A stretch of 64,000 bases of DNA. Source: an uncultured Clostridia bacterium (GTDB lineage Bacteria > Bacillota > Clostridia > TANB77 > CAG-508). The translations under genes were made by a program, and so were the position numbers. Each line of letters opens with the position of its first letter. Within the stretch, counting starts at the first letter, position 1. Below, piece by piece: positions 50,262 to 58,968 of this stretch. The notes below the pieces were generated by a model. It searched no databases. It was not told the DNA's origin and saw only the letters and a list, made by a program, of their open reading frames with translations. The DNA lies in contig CALXUT010000036.1 of the NCBI GenBank assembly GCA_944391755.1, forward strand, positions 8,186 to 72,185, read 5' to 3'.

Positions 50262-52352
50262 ATGAAAAAATTAAAAATAATATTAACTTTAATTTTCATA
50301 GCAGTTTTTTGCTTTTATGGAAATATTTCTAATGCAGAAGGAGATTTAGAGATTAATAGTGAAATTGAAAATAGTGTTGAGGAAACAGTTTTAGACATAA
50401 ACTATCAATTTAAAGAAGATACAAATACGGTATTAGCAATAGTAACATCCAATAATGAATTAAAAGATACAAAAGTTAACTGGACATTAAGTGATGACAA
50501 AAAACAATATACATTTGAATTTACGACAAACACAAATTATACAACAAACTTTGAAGATATATATGGAAACATCTTACCAGTTGAAATTCATGTAACACAA
50601 ATAAGAGAAAAAACAGAAGTAAGAGTAGAATATAGTTATAATCCAACTACAAATACAGTAATAGCAACAGTAATTTCAAATAATGAATTAAAAGCAACAA
50701 AAGTAAATTGGACATTAAGTGAAGACAAAAAACAATATTCATTTGAATTTACAACAAATACGACTTATACAACAAACTTTGAAGATGTATATGGAGAAAT
50801 TATACCAATAGAAATTCATGTAACACAAATCAAAGATAAAGTAGATACTGTAATAAATATAGACTATCAGTACAAAGAAGAAACAAATACCGTATTAGCA
50901 ATAGTAACATCAAATAATGAATTAAAAGATACAAAAGTAAGTTGGACATTAAGTGAAAATAAAAGACAATATACATTTGAATTTAATGCAAATACAACTT
51001 ATACAACAAATTTTGAAGATATTTATGGAAAAATAATACCAGTAGAAATCAATGTAACACAAGTTCAAAAAATACTAACAAAAGTAAGAACAGAAAATAA
51101 TTATAACGAAGAAACCAATACTGTATTAGTAACGATAATAGCAGACCATAAATTACAAGATACAAAAGTATCGTGGACATTAAGTGAAAATGAAAAACAA
51201 TATACATTTGAATTTAATACAAATACCAACTATACTACAAATGTAATAGATGTATATGGAAATGTAATACCAGTAGAAATCAATGTAACAGAAATAGATG
51301 AAACTCCAGCAGAGATAGAAGTATTATATGACTATAATGAAGAAACAAATACTGTACTAGCAACTATGAGTTCAAATATTGAATTACAAGATACAAAAGT
51401 AAGTTGGACATTAAGTGAAGACAAAAAAAAATACACATTTGAATTCACAACAAATACAACCTATAATACAAATGTAATAGACTTATTTGGAAATGTTATA
51501 CCAGTAGAAATACATATAACACAAATAGATGACAAAGGACCAGAAGTAAAAGTAGATTATGAATACAGTAAAGATAGAAATCAATGTACTATAACAGTAA
51601 CATCTAATGAAGAAATGATGCCAAAAGTTATGCCAGATTGGATATTAAGTGAAGATAAATTAACATTTACAAGAGTTTTCACAGGAAATCAAAATTATAG
51701 TACAGTCTTTAAAGATAAATATGGTAATGAAACAACAGTGCAAATCAATATATTTTTACATGTTACAGGAATTGATGTATCTAGACATCAAGGAAAAATA
51801 GATTGGCAACAGGTAAAGAATTCAGGGATAGAATTTGCCATCATCAGATGTGGATATGGACAAGATCGTACATCACAAGATGACGAATGGTTTGAATACA
51901 ATGTAAGTGAATGTGAAAGACTAGGAATACCATATGGTATCTATTTATATTCATATGCAGTAGATTTAAACTGTGCAAATTCTGAAGCAGACCATGTTCT
52001 AAGATTAATAAAAGGAAAAAATCCTACTTATGGAATATGGTATGATTTAGAAGAAGAAGTAGATGAATTTGGTACTCCAATTCCTAATGAAATGCTAGTG
52101 AATATAGCCATCACATTCTGTGAAAAAATGAAAGCAAATGGATACGATTATGTAGGTATTTATGCAAATCTAAATTGGTTCGAAACTAAATTAAATGATT
52201 CACGTTTAGACCAATATCCAAAATGGGTAGCACAATGGAATGATGAATGTACCTATGAAAAAGATTATGATATGTGGCAATATACAAGTTCAGGACAAGT
52301 TCCAGGAATAGATGGAAGAGTAGATATGAATAAATACTATAAACAAAGATAA
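50262..52352 (+). CDS. Secreted GH25 muramidase (lysozyme) with six N-terminal ~77-aa tandem repeats (ATG 50262 preferred)
   Basis: Signal peptide MKKLKIILTLIFIAVFCFYGNISNA. C-terminal GH25 domain (GIDVSRHQG...IIRCGYG...D.W.Y). Confidence 0.8.
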   Translation: MKKLKIILTLIFIAVFCFYGNISNAEGDLEINSEIENSVEETVLDINYQFKEDTNTVLAIVTSNNELKDTKVNWTLSDDKKQYTFEFTTNTNYTTNFEDIYGNILPVEIHVTQIREKTEVRVEYSYNPTTNTVIATVISNNELKATKVNWTLSEDKKQYSFEFTTNTTYTTNFEDVYGEIIPIEIHVTQIKDKVDTVINIDYQYKEETNTVLAIVTSNNELKDTKVSWTLSENKRQYTFEFNANTTYTTNFEDIYGKIIPVEINVTQVQKILTKVRTENNYNEETNTVLVTIIADHKLQDTKVSWTLSENEKQYTFEFNTNTNYTTNVIDVYGNVIPVEINVTEIDETPAEIEVLYDYNEETNTVLATMSSNIELQDTKVSWTLSEDKKKYTFEFTTNTTYNTNVIDLFGNVIPVEIHITQIDDKGPEVKVDYEYSKDRNQCTITVTSNEEMMPKVMPDWILSEDKLTFTRVFTGNQNYSTVFKDKYGNETTVQINIFLHVTGIDVSRHQGKIDWQQVKNSGIEFAIIRCGYGQDRTSQDDEWFEYNVSECERLGIPYGIYLYSYAVDLNCANSEADHVLRLIKGKNPTYGIWYDLEEEVDEFGTPIPNEMLVNIAITFCEKMKANGYDYVGIYANLNWFETKLNDSRLDQYPKWVAQWNDECTYEKDYDMWQYTSSGQVPGIDGRVDMNKYYKQR
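50394..51770 (+). repeat. Six ~230-bp coding tandem repeats (Ig-like modules)
   Basis: Recurring ...TNTVLA.V.SNNELKDTKV.WTLSEDKKQYTFEF.TNT.YTTNFEDIYG..IPVEI.VTQI... Confidence 0.85.
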
Positions 52353-52381
52353 TAAATAGAAATCGTGTTTAAAAATTTTAA

Positions 52382-52420
52382 AAGTGGATTAGGAAATTAA
52401 AATCTTAATTCACTTTTTTA
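52382..52420 (+). terminator. Terminator after the GH25 gene
   Basis: AGTGGATTAG...TTAATTCACT hairpin followed by TTTTTT. Confidence 0.55.
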
Positions 52421-52433
52421 TGCCCCAAAAGTC

Positions 52434-52462
52434 TTGAAATTATATGGGTTTAGTGATAAAAT
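52434..52462 (+). promoter_or_regulatory. Putative promoter for galE: TTGAAA-17-(TG-n-)TAAAAT
   Basis: Extended -10 element and ideal spacing. Confidence 0.5.
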
Positions 52463-52498
52463 TAGAATGCCATAAATGTAAAAATGGAGGTGTTAAAA

Positions 52499-53509
52499 AT
52501 GGCAATATTAATTACAGGAGGAGCAGGCTATATAGGAAGCCATACAGCAGTTGAATTATTAAATGCAGGAAGAGAAATCGTTATCATAGATAATTTTTCA
52601 AATAGTAAAAAAGAAGTATTAGATAAAATAAAAGAAATAACAAAAAAGGAATTTAAATTTTACAATATAGATTATTTAAACAGAAGAGATTTGGAAAAAG
52701 TATTTGAGGAAAATCAAATAGAAGCGGTATTCAATTTTGCAGGATACAAAGCAGTAGGAGAATCTGTACAAAAGCCATTGGAATATTATGAAAATAATGT
52801 ATCAGGTGCAATTATATTATTAGAAACAATGAAAAAATATAATGTTAAAAAATTTATATTTAGTTCAACGGCAACCGTATATGGAGAACCAGAAAAAATT
52901 CCACTAACAGAAGCGTGTAAGGTAGGAGAAACAACAAGCCCATATGCAACAACCAAATATTTTATAGAAAGAATCTTACAAGATTTATATCAATCAGACA
53001 ATACATGGGATATAGCAATATTAAGATACTTCAACCCAGTAGGTGCACATGAAAGTGGATTGATTGGAGAAGAGCCACAAGGAATACCAAATAATTTAAT
53101 GCCATATATTGTAAGAGTTGCATCAGGAGAATTAGAACAATTATCTGTTTTTGGTAATGATTATGATACACATGACGGAACAGGCGTTAGAGATTATATA
53201 CATGTAGTAGATTTAGCAAAAGGACATATAAAAGCATTAGAAAAATTAGAAAAAGAAAAATCAGGAGTATTTACTTATAATTTAGGAACAGGAATTGGAT
53301 ACAGTGTTTTAGATATTGTAAAAGCATTTGAAGAAGCAACAGGTCAAAAAGTAAATTACAAAATTACAGATCGAAGACCGGGAGATATTGATAAATATTA
53401 TTCAAACCCAGAAAAAGCAGAAAAAGAATTGGGATGGAAAGCAGAAAAAACACTTCAAGATATGTGTAAAGACTCATGGAATTATATAAAACGAAGAAAC
53501 GAAATATAG
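52499..53509 (+). CDS. galE: UDP-glucose 4-epimerase (ATG 52499 preferred)
   Basis: [21 protein letters not shown], and a C-terminal GalE domain. Confidence 0.92.
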   Translation: MAILITGGAGYIGSHTAVELLNAGREIVIIDNFSNSKKEVLDKIKEITKKEFKFYNIDYLNRRDLEKVFEENQIEAVFNFAGYKAVGESVQKPLEYYENNVSGAIILLETMKKYNVKKFIFSSTATVYGEPEKIPLTEACKVGETTSPYATTKYFIERILQDLYQSDNTWDIAILRYFNPVGAHESGLIGEEPQGIPNNLMPYIVRVASGELEQLSVFGNDYDTHDGTGVRDYIHVVDLAKGHIKALEKLEKEKSGVFTYNLGTGIGYSVLDIVKAFEEATGQKVNYKITDRRPGDIDKYYSNPEKAEKELGWKAEKTLQDMCKDSWNYIKRRNEI

Positions 53510-53527
53510 TAAAAAAAGGAGCATTGA

Positions 53528-55021
53528 ATGAAAAAAAGAAAGTTAATAATATGCATCATTATTGTCATATGTATTTTATTGGCATTTAGTGCTACTGTAA
53601 CAATTGATTGGTTATATGAAACATTTGGACATTTGTCAATGGATGAAATTATATTTCATATAAAAGTGCCAATGGAAGGAACCAATACAGATATATTATA
53701 TAGATTTGCAAAAGAATGTCTTTGGAAAGTACTTTTACCAACTGCAATCATATCCTTTATATTAATATATCCAATGGTAAGAGACTTAAAATTTATAGAT
53801 GACAAAATACATACATCAGAAAAAAGAAGAGTTGTTGTTATTAGCTTTTGTTTATCCATATTGATATTAACCGTTAGTATTGTAAAAATAGTAAAAACAA
53901 CAGATATAAAAGATTATATAAAAGATCAATTTGATAGTTCAAGTTTTATCGCAGATGAATATGTGATCCCACAAAATACAAAAATAGAATTTCCAGAAGA
54001 AAAAAGAAACCTAATCTATATTTTCTTAGAATCTATGGAAACAACATTTTATTCAGTAGAAGATGGTGGGCTTTCAGAACAAGATTTAATACCTGAGATA
54101 TCAAAACTTGCAAAAGAAAATGTCAATTTTTCAGATACTGATAAATTAGGAGGAGCAAGTACTTTAACTGGTACTACTTGGACCGTTGGAGCAATGTCAG
54201 CACAAACTGCTGGAGTACCTCTTAAATTAACAATCGATGACAATGCATTAGGAGATTATAGTATTTTCCTTGGAGGAGCATATAGTATAGGAGAAGTATT
54301 AGAAAATAATGGATATCATAATTTCTTATTATTAGGCTCTGATGCAACCTTTGGAGGAAGAAAACATTTATTTGAACAACATGGAAATTATGAAATTTGG
54401 GATTTTGAGTCGGCAATACAAGAAAATAAAGTATCAGAAAAAATATGGTGGGGCTATACAGACGATTTATTATTTGAATATGCAAAAGACAAAATATTAT
54501 ATTTAGCTCAGCAAGATCAACCATTCAATTTTACAATGTTAACAGCAGATACACATTTTCCAGATGGATATCTTTGTGAAGAATGTCCAGATATTTGGGA
54601 TGAACAATACAAAAATGTCATTTCATGTTCTAGTAAAAGAGTGGGAGACCTTATTGAATGGATAAAAGAACAAGAATTTTATGATAATACGACAATTGTC
54701 ATAACTGGAGACCATTTAAGTATGCAATCTAATTTTTTTGAACTAGAAGAAGGACAAGAATATGAGAAAAAAGTAGTAAGTATTATCATAAATCCAGCAA
54801 TAGAAGCTAAAAACACGAATCATCGTAAATATTCAACTATGGATTTATATCCTACAACATTAGCAGCTTTAGGAGCAATAATTGATGGAGATAAATTAGC
54901 ATTAGGAACAAATTTATTTTCAGAAGAAGAAACATTAATTGAAAAATATGGATTACAATATGTAAATGAAGAACTAAAGAAGAATTCAAGGTTTTATGAT
55001 AATAATATATTAGTAAAATAA
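53528..55021 (+). CDS. LtaS-family (sulfatase-like) membrane transferase, GacH-like candidate phosphoglycerol/phospho-alcohol transferase
   Basis: N-terminal TM helices. Extracellular domain with NLIYIFLESME and ITGDHLSM motifs. Confidence 0.6.
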   Translation: MKKRKLIICIIIVICILLAFSATVTIDWLYETFGHLSMDEIIFHIKVPMEGTNTDILYRFAKECLWKVLLPTAIISFILIYPMVRDLKFIDDKIHTSEKRRVVVISFCLSILILTVSIVKIVKTTDIKDYIKDQFDSSSFIADEYVIPQNTKIEFPEEKRNLIYIFLESMETTFYSVEDGGLSEQDLIPEISKLAKENVNFSDTDKLGGASTLTGTTWTVGAMSAQTAGVPLKLTIDDNALGDYSIFLGGAYSIGEVLENNGYHNFLLLGSDATFGGRKHLFEQHGNYEIWDFESAIQENKVSEKIWWGYTDDLLFEYAKDKILYLAQQDQPFNFTMLTADTHFPDGYLCEECPDIWDEQYKNVISCSSKRVGDLIEWIKEQEFYDNTTIVITGDHLSMQSNFFELEEGQEYEKKVVSIIINPAIEAKNTNHRKYSTMDLYPTTLAALGAIIDGDKLALGTNLFSEEETLIEKYGLQYVNEELKKNSRFYDNNILVK

Positions 55022-55031
55022 GGAGGAAAAA

Positions 55032-55976
55032 ATGGACAAAATTTCAGTAATTGTTTCATGTTATAACGAAGAAAAAGCATTACCATTATTTTACGAAGAA
55101 ATGGAAAGAGTCAGAAAACAAGATTTTGAGAATCTAGCAGAATTTGAATACATTTTTGTCAATGACGGTTCAAAAGATAAGACATTAGCAGAAATAAAAG
55201 AATTACGAAATAAAGATGAAAAAGTAAGATATATTTCATTTTCAAGAAATTTTGGTAAAGAAGCGGCAATGTATGCAGGTTTAGAGGCATCAACAGGAAA
55301 TCTTGTAACACTAATGGATGCTGATTTACAAGATCCACCAGCATTATTAAAGCAAATGTATGATGCCATAAAAGAACAAGGATATGATACAGTAGCAACA
55401 AGAAGAGTAACAAGAAAAGGAGAACCACCAATCAGAAGTTTTTTTGCTAGATTGTTTTATAAAATCATCAATAAAATGTCTAGTATAGAAATGGTAGATG
55501 GAGCAAGAGATTACAGACTTATGACGAGGCAAGTAGTAGATAGTATCCTATCTTTAAAAGAATATAACAGATATTCTAAAGGATTATTTAGTTTTGTTGG
55601 TTTTGACACAAAATGGATAGAATATGAAAATGTAGAAAGAGTCGCAGGAGAAACAAAATGGTCATTTTGGAAATTGTTTAAATATGCAATAGAAGGAATA
55701 ACAGCATTTTCAACTACACCATTGATATTATCTTCCTTAATAGGATTACTATTTTGTTTAGTGGCATTTATTGCAATCATTTTTATCATTGTAAGAACTC
55801 TTATTTTTGGAGATCCAACCTCAGGATGGCCATCATTAGTTTGTATCATCGTATTTGTAAGTGGAATTCAATTATTTACAATCGGAATTATTGGTCAATA
55901 TTTATCAAAAACGTATTTAGAAGTAAAGAAAAGACCAATCTATATTGTAAAAGAAACAGAGCAAGACAAAAATTAA
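55032..55976 (+). CDS. GtrB/CsbB-family bactoprenol-phosphate glycosyltransferase
   Basis: VIVSCYNEE..VNDGSKDKT..DADLQDPP. Two C-terminal TM segments. Confidence 0.85.
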   Translation: MDKISVIVSCYNEEKALPLFYEEMERVRKQDFENLAEFEYIFVNDGSKDKTLAEIKELRNKDEKVRYISFSRNFGKEAAMYAGLEASTGNLVTLMDADLQDPPALLKQMYDAIKEQGYDTVATRRVTRKGEPPIRSFFARLFYKIINKMSSIEMVDGARDYRLMTRQVVDSILSLKEYNRYSKGLFSFVGFDTKWIEYENVERVAGETKWSFWKLFKYAIEGITAFSTTPLILSSLIGLLFCLVAFIAIIFIIVRTLIFGDPTSGWPSLVCIIVFVSGIQLFTIGIIGQYLSKTYLEVKKRPIYIVKETEQDKN

Positions 55977-56027
55977 AAAATATTTGCCAAGAAAGGAATA
56001 AAAATGAAAATAAGGAGAAAAGATATA

Positions 56028-56378
56028 ATGAGAATAGTAATGATTGTTTTATATTTAATATTTACAGTAGCAGGATTAATATTAATGAAAAAGGGAGGAA
56101 ATGCAGGAACAGTAACAGCTACTTCAGGAGAATTTGGATTTAGTATTAGTTGGATAAGTGCTTTAGGATTTTTGTGCTATATAATAAGCTTTTTATTATT
56201 TACTAGAATTATCATGATGTTTAATGTTAGTTATATTTCTCCAATTTGTAATGGTATTGCACAAGCATGTATCGTCATTGCATCAATCGTATTTTTAAAA
56301 GAACAATATTCATTTTACACATTAGGAGGAGCAGCACTCATCATTGCGGGTGTTATTATAATGAATTTGAAAGGATAA
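56028..56378 (+). CDS. Small 4-TM DMT/EamA-like membrane protein (GacJ/ArnE-like partner of the GtrB enzyme)
   Basis: 116 aa. GGAALIIAGVIIMN tail typical of the EamA fold. Confidence 0.5.
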   Translation: MRIVMIVLYLIFTVAGLILMKKGGNAGTVTATSGEFGFSISWISALGFLCYIISFLLFTRIIMMFNVSYISPICNGIAQACIVIASIVFLKEQYSFYTLGGAALIIAGVIIMNLKG

Positions 56379-56391
56379 AGGAGTAGGTAGA

Positions 56392-57399
56392 ATGTTAAAA
56401 TTTGGGTTAGGTCAAGATATAGGCATAGACTTAGGAACTGCAACAGTAATTGCTTATGTAAAAGGAAAAGGGGTTGTTTTAAGAGAACCATCTGTTGTTG
56501 CAGTAGATAGTAATACAAAAGAGGTACTAGCTGTAGGACAAGAAGCTAGAAGAATGCTAGGAAGAACTCCTGGAAATATCGTAGCAACAAGACCGCTAAG
56601 AGAAGGTGTTATTTCTGACTATACAGTAACTGAAAGAATGTTAAAATATTTTATTAATAAAATTAATGGAAAAACATTATTTTCACCAAGAACAATGATA
56701 TGTATACCTTCAAGAGTTACTGAAGTCGAGAAAAAAGCTGTAATAGATGCTGCTACACAAGCAGGTTCAAGAAAAGTATTTTTAATAGAAGAACCAATAG
56801 CAGCAGCAATTGGAGCAGGAATCGATATAGCAAAACCATGTGGAAATATGGTTGTTGATATTGGTGGAGGAACTACAGATATCGCAGTTATTTCATTAGG
56901 AGGTTCTGTAGAAAGTACATCATTAAAAGTTGCAGGAGAAAAATTTGATGAATATATCGTAAAATACATTAAGAAAAAACATAATATCATGATAGGAGAA
57001 AGAACAGCAGAAGACCTAAAAATAAACATAGGATGTGTATACCCAAAAATACAAAATTCAGAAATGGAAATAAGAGGAAGAGATTTAGTAACAGGATTAC
57101 CAAAAACAGTAACCGTATATTCAAGTGAAATGTTGGAAGCTTTGATAGAACCGGCAATGTTAATCGTAGATGCAGTACATTCTGTATTAGAAAGAACACC
57201 ACCAGAATTGGCAGCAGATATAAGTGATAGAGGAATTTATATGACAGGTGGAGGATGTCTCGTAGATGGACTAGATAAACTTTTACAAGAAAAAACAGGA
57301 ATCAATGTAATGATTGCAAATGATGCGGTTTCATGTGTTGCATTAGGAACGGGAAAAGCATTAGATAATTTAGATACATTAGATAGACAATCAAAATAA
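56392..57399 (+). CDS. mreB: MreB/Mbl-family actin-like rod-shape protein
   Basis: DLGTATV...phosphate motifs. 335 aa. Confidence 0.9.
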   Translation: MLKFGLGQDIGIDLGTATVIAYVKGKGVVLREPSVVAVDSNTKEVLAVGQEARRMLGRTPGNIVATRPLREGVISDYTVTERMLKYFINKINGKTLFSPRTMICIPSRVTEVEKKAVIDAATQAGSRKVFLIEEPIAAAIGAGIDIAKPCGNMVVDIGGGTTDIAVISLGGSVESTSLKVAGEKFDEYIVKYIKKKHNIMIGERTAEDLKINIGCVYPKIQNSEMEIRGRDLVTGLPKTVTVYSSEMLEALIEPAMLIVDAVHSVLERTPPELAADISDRGIYMTGGGCLVDGLDKLLQEKTGINVMIANDAVSCVALGTGKALDNLDTLDRQSK

Positions 57400-57431
57400 A
57401 AAGATGCATTTTAAATGTATCTTTTTATTTT
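57400..57431. terminator. Bidirectional terminator between mreB and the convergent VWA gene
   Basis: AAAGATGCATT-TTAA-AATGTATCTTT flanked by A/T runs. Confidence 0.5.
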
Positions 57432-57432
57432 A

Positions 57433-58830
57433 TTATTTTATTTTTCTAGCTTTATACCCAAAGAAGCTTGCTAAACTGATTAATGCAATAAATCCAATAA
57501 TAATAAATGCATGTAAACCTGTATCTGGTAAAGGATCAGGCGCAATAGTATTATCTACAGGTGGTTCAGAAACTGGTTCTGTTGAAAGTCGTATTTTAGG
57601 AGTAACCTCTGAAGTTTTTTCTTGTTCTGTTCCATCAAAATCTTTATATGTTATATCAATTCTTTCATTTGTATCTAAGATTTTACCTATAATCGTTTCA
57701 TCAAATTCATCTTTTAAAGTTAACGTATATTGAATGATTGCTGTTTCTCCAGCAGCCAATTCATCAAGTGTCCAAGTTATACTATTTGTTTCTAAATCTA
57801 TTTCTGTTGATACATTACTAATATCAATTCCTTCAACATAATCCATTTCAAAATTATCTACGATATATTGAGGAAAATAATCTACAACTGTTATATCTGT
57901 TAAAGAATGTGTAATTGGTACTAAATCATGATAGATATCATTTGTAATGGTTGCTTCTATTTCATCGTCATTAATATTATAAAATTTTCCAACTGTAGGA
58001 TTTTCTTCTGTTCCAAATACGGCATTTATTACTTGTCCATATGTATAAATATTAGAACCTTCTACTCTAAAATTTGCGTCTTCATTGTCTATACCTGTTA
58101 GCATTGTTATAACATCTATTCCATTTAAAAAAGTTAATGTTGATTTTGTCTGATTAATGACATCTGTTAAACCATCATAAGAAACTAAATCATTATATCC
58201 AACAGCTAAGTTAGGTAATCCATCAGTAAGAACAATCATATATTTGTTATTATCTTCAGAAGTGAAACAAGATTTTGCAAGTTGTAGACCAGCATCTAAA
58301 TTTGTATATTGACCGGTTCCCTCAATGGCAGATATTTGTGTTTGTAATGTTGATAAATCATTTGTAAAATCACAAACTTTTTGTGCATCTGCTTCTGTAC
58401 CTGTAATTAAGTAACCATTTGAATCTCTGTCACTTCCTGTTGAGAAAGTAACAACACCTATCTTTAAATCTGTACTGTTTGCTGAAAGTAAACTTTCTAC
58501 CAATCGATTTGCTGATTGTAATACTAAATCTTTTCTTGTGGTGGTTTCAGAAACGATTGTATCCATACTTTGAGAGCTGTCAATTACTAACATAAGTTCT
58601 CCACTAGGAATGATTGTTTCAGAATCATTAGAAATTTTTAGTTGTAACGTGACTTGATGATTTGCTAAATCTGAATCAATGATTCTTTTTTCAAAAGATG
58701 CAGAGTCATCTAATTCAATAGTGCATACATTGTCTTCTACAATTTCCATTGTTGTTGTAACAGCAAAAACGCTTGTTGACATTGACATAATTAATAATAT
58801 TAATGTGATGATTGTTAAAAATTTTTTCAT
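57433..58830 (-). CDS. LPXTG-anchored surface protein with a von Willebrand factor A domain (ATG at 58830 preferred over the track start GTG 58839)
   Basis: Signal peptide, MIDAS DSSQS...T...D(G). C-terminal LPDTG plus TM helix plus KARKIK. GAGGTG RBS. Confidence 0.8.
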   Translation of the reverse strand: MKKFLTIITLILLIMSMSTSVFAVTTTMEIVEDNVCTIELDDSASFEKRIIDSDLANHQVTLQLKISNDSETIIPSGELMLVIDSSQSMDTIVSETTTRKDLVLQSANRLVESLLSANSTDLKIGVVTFSTGSDRDSNGYLITGTEADAQKVCDFTNDLSTLQTQISAIEGTGQYTNLDAGLQLAKSCFTSEDNNKYMIVLTDGLPNLAVGYNDLVSYDGLTDVINQTKSTLTFLNGIDVITMLTGIDNEDANFRVEGSNIYTYGQVINAVFGTEENPTVGKFYNINDDEIEATITNDIYHDLVPITHSLTDITVVDYFPQYIVDNFEMDYVEGIDISNVSTEIDLETNSITWTLDELAAGETAIIQYTLTLKDEFDETIIGKILDTNERIDITYKDFDGTEQEKTSEVTPKIRLSTEPVSEPPVDNTIAPDPLPDTGLHAFIIIGFIALISLASFFGYKARKIK

Positions 58831-58968
58831 ATAAAACACCTCGATATTATTGTAATATAGTTCTATATTTTTTGCAAGAATATTTGTAAAATAAAATATA
58901 AATATCTTGATTTTTTTCGTGATTATTGATATAGTTTAACCATAAAAAATTACAAAGGAGGAATAAAA

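Noticed and set aside
50394-51770. Possible IS or duplicated gene fragments
   Set aside because: These are in-frame protein domain repeats inside one secreted GH25 protein. No transposase or terminal inverted repeats are present.
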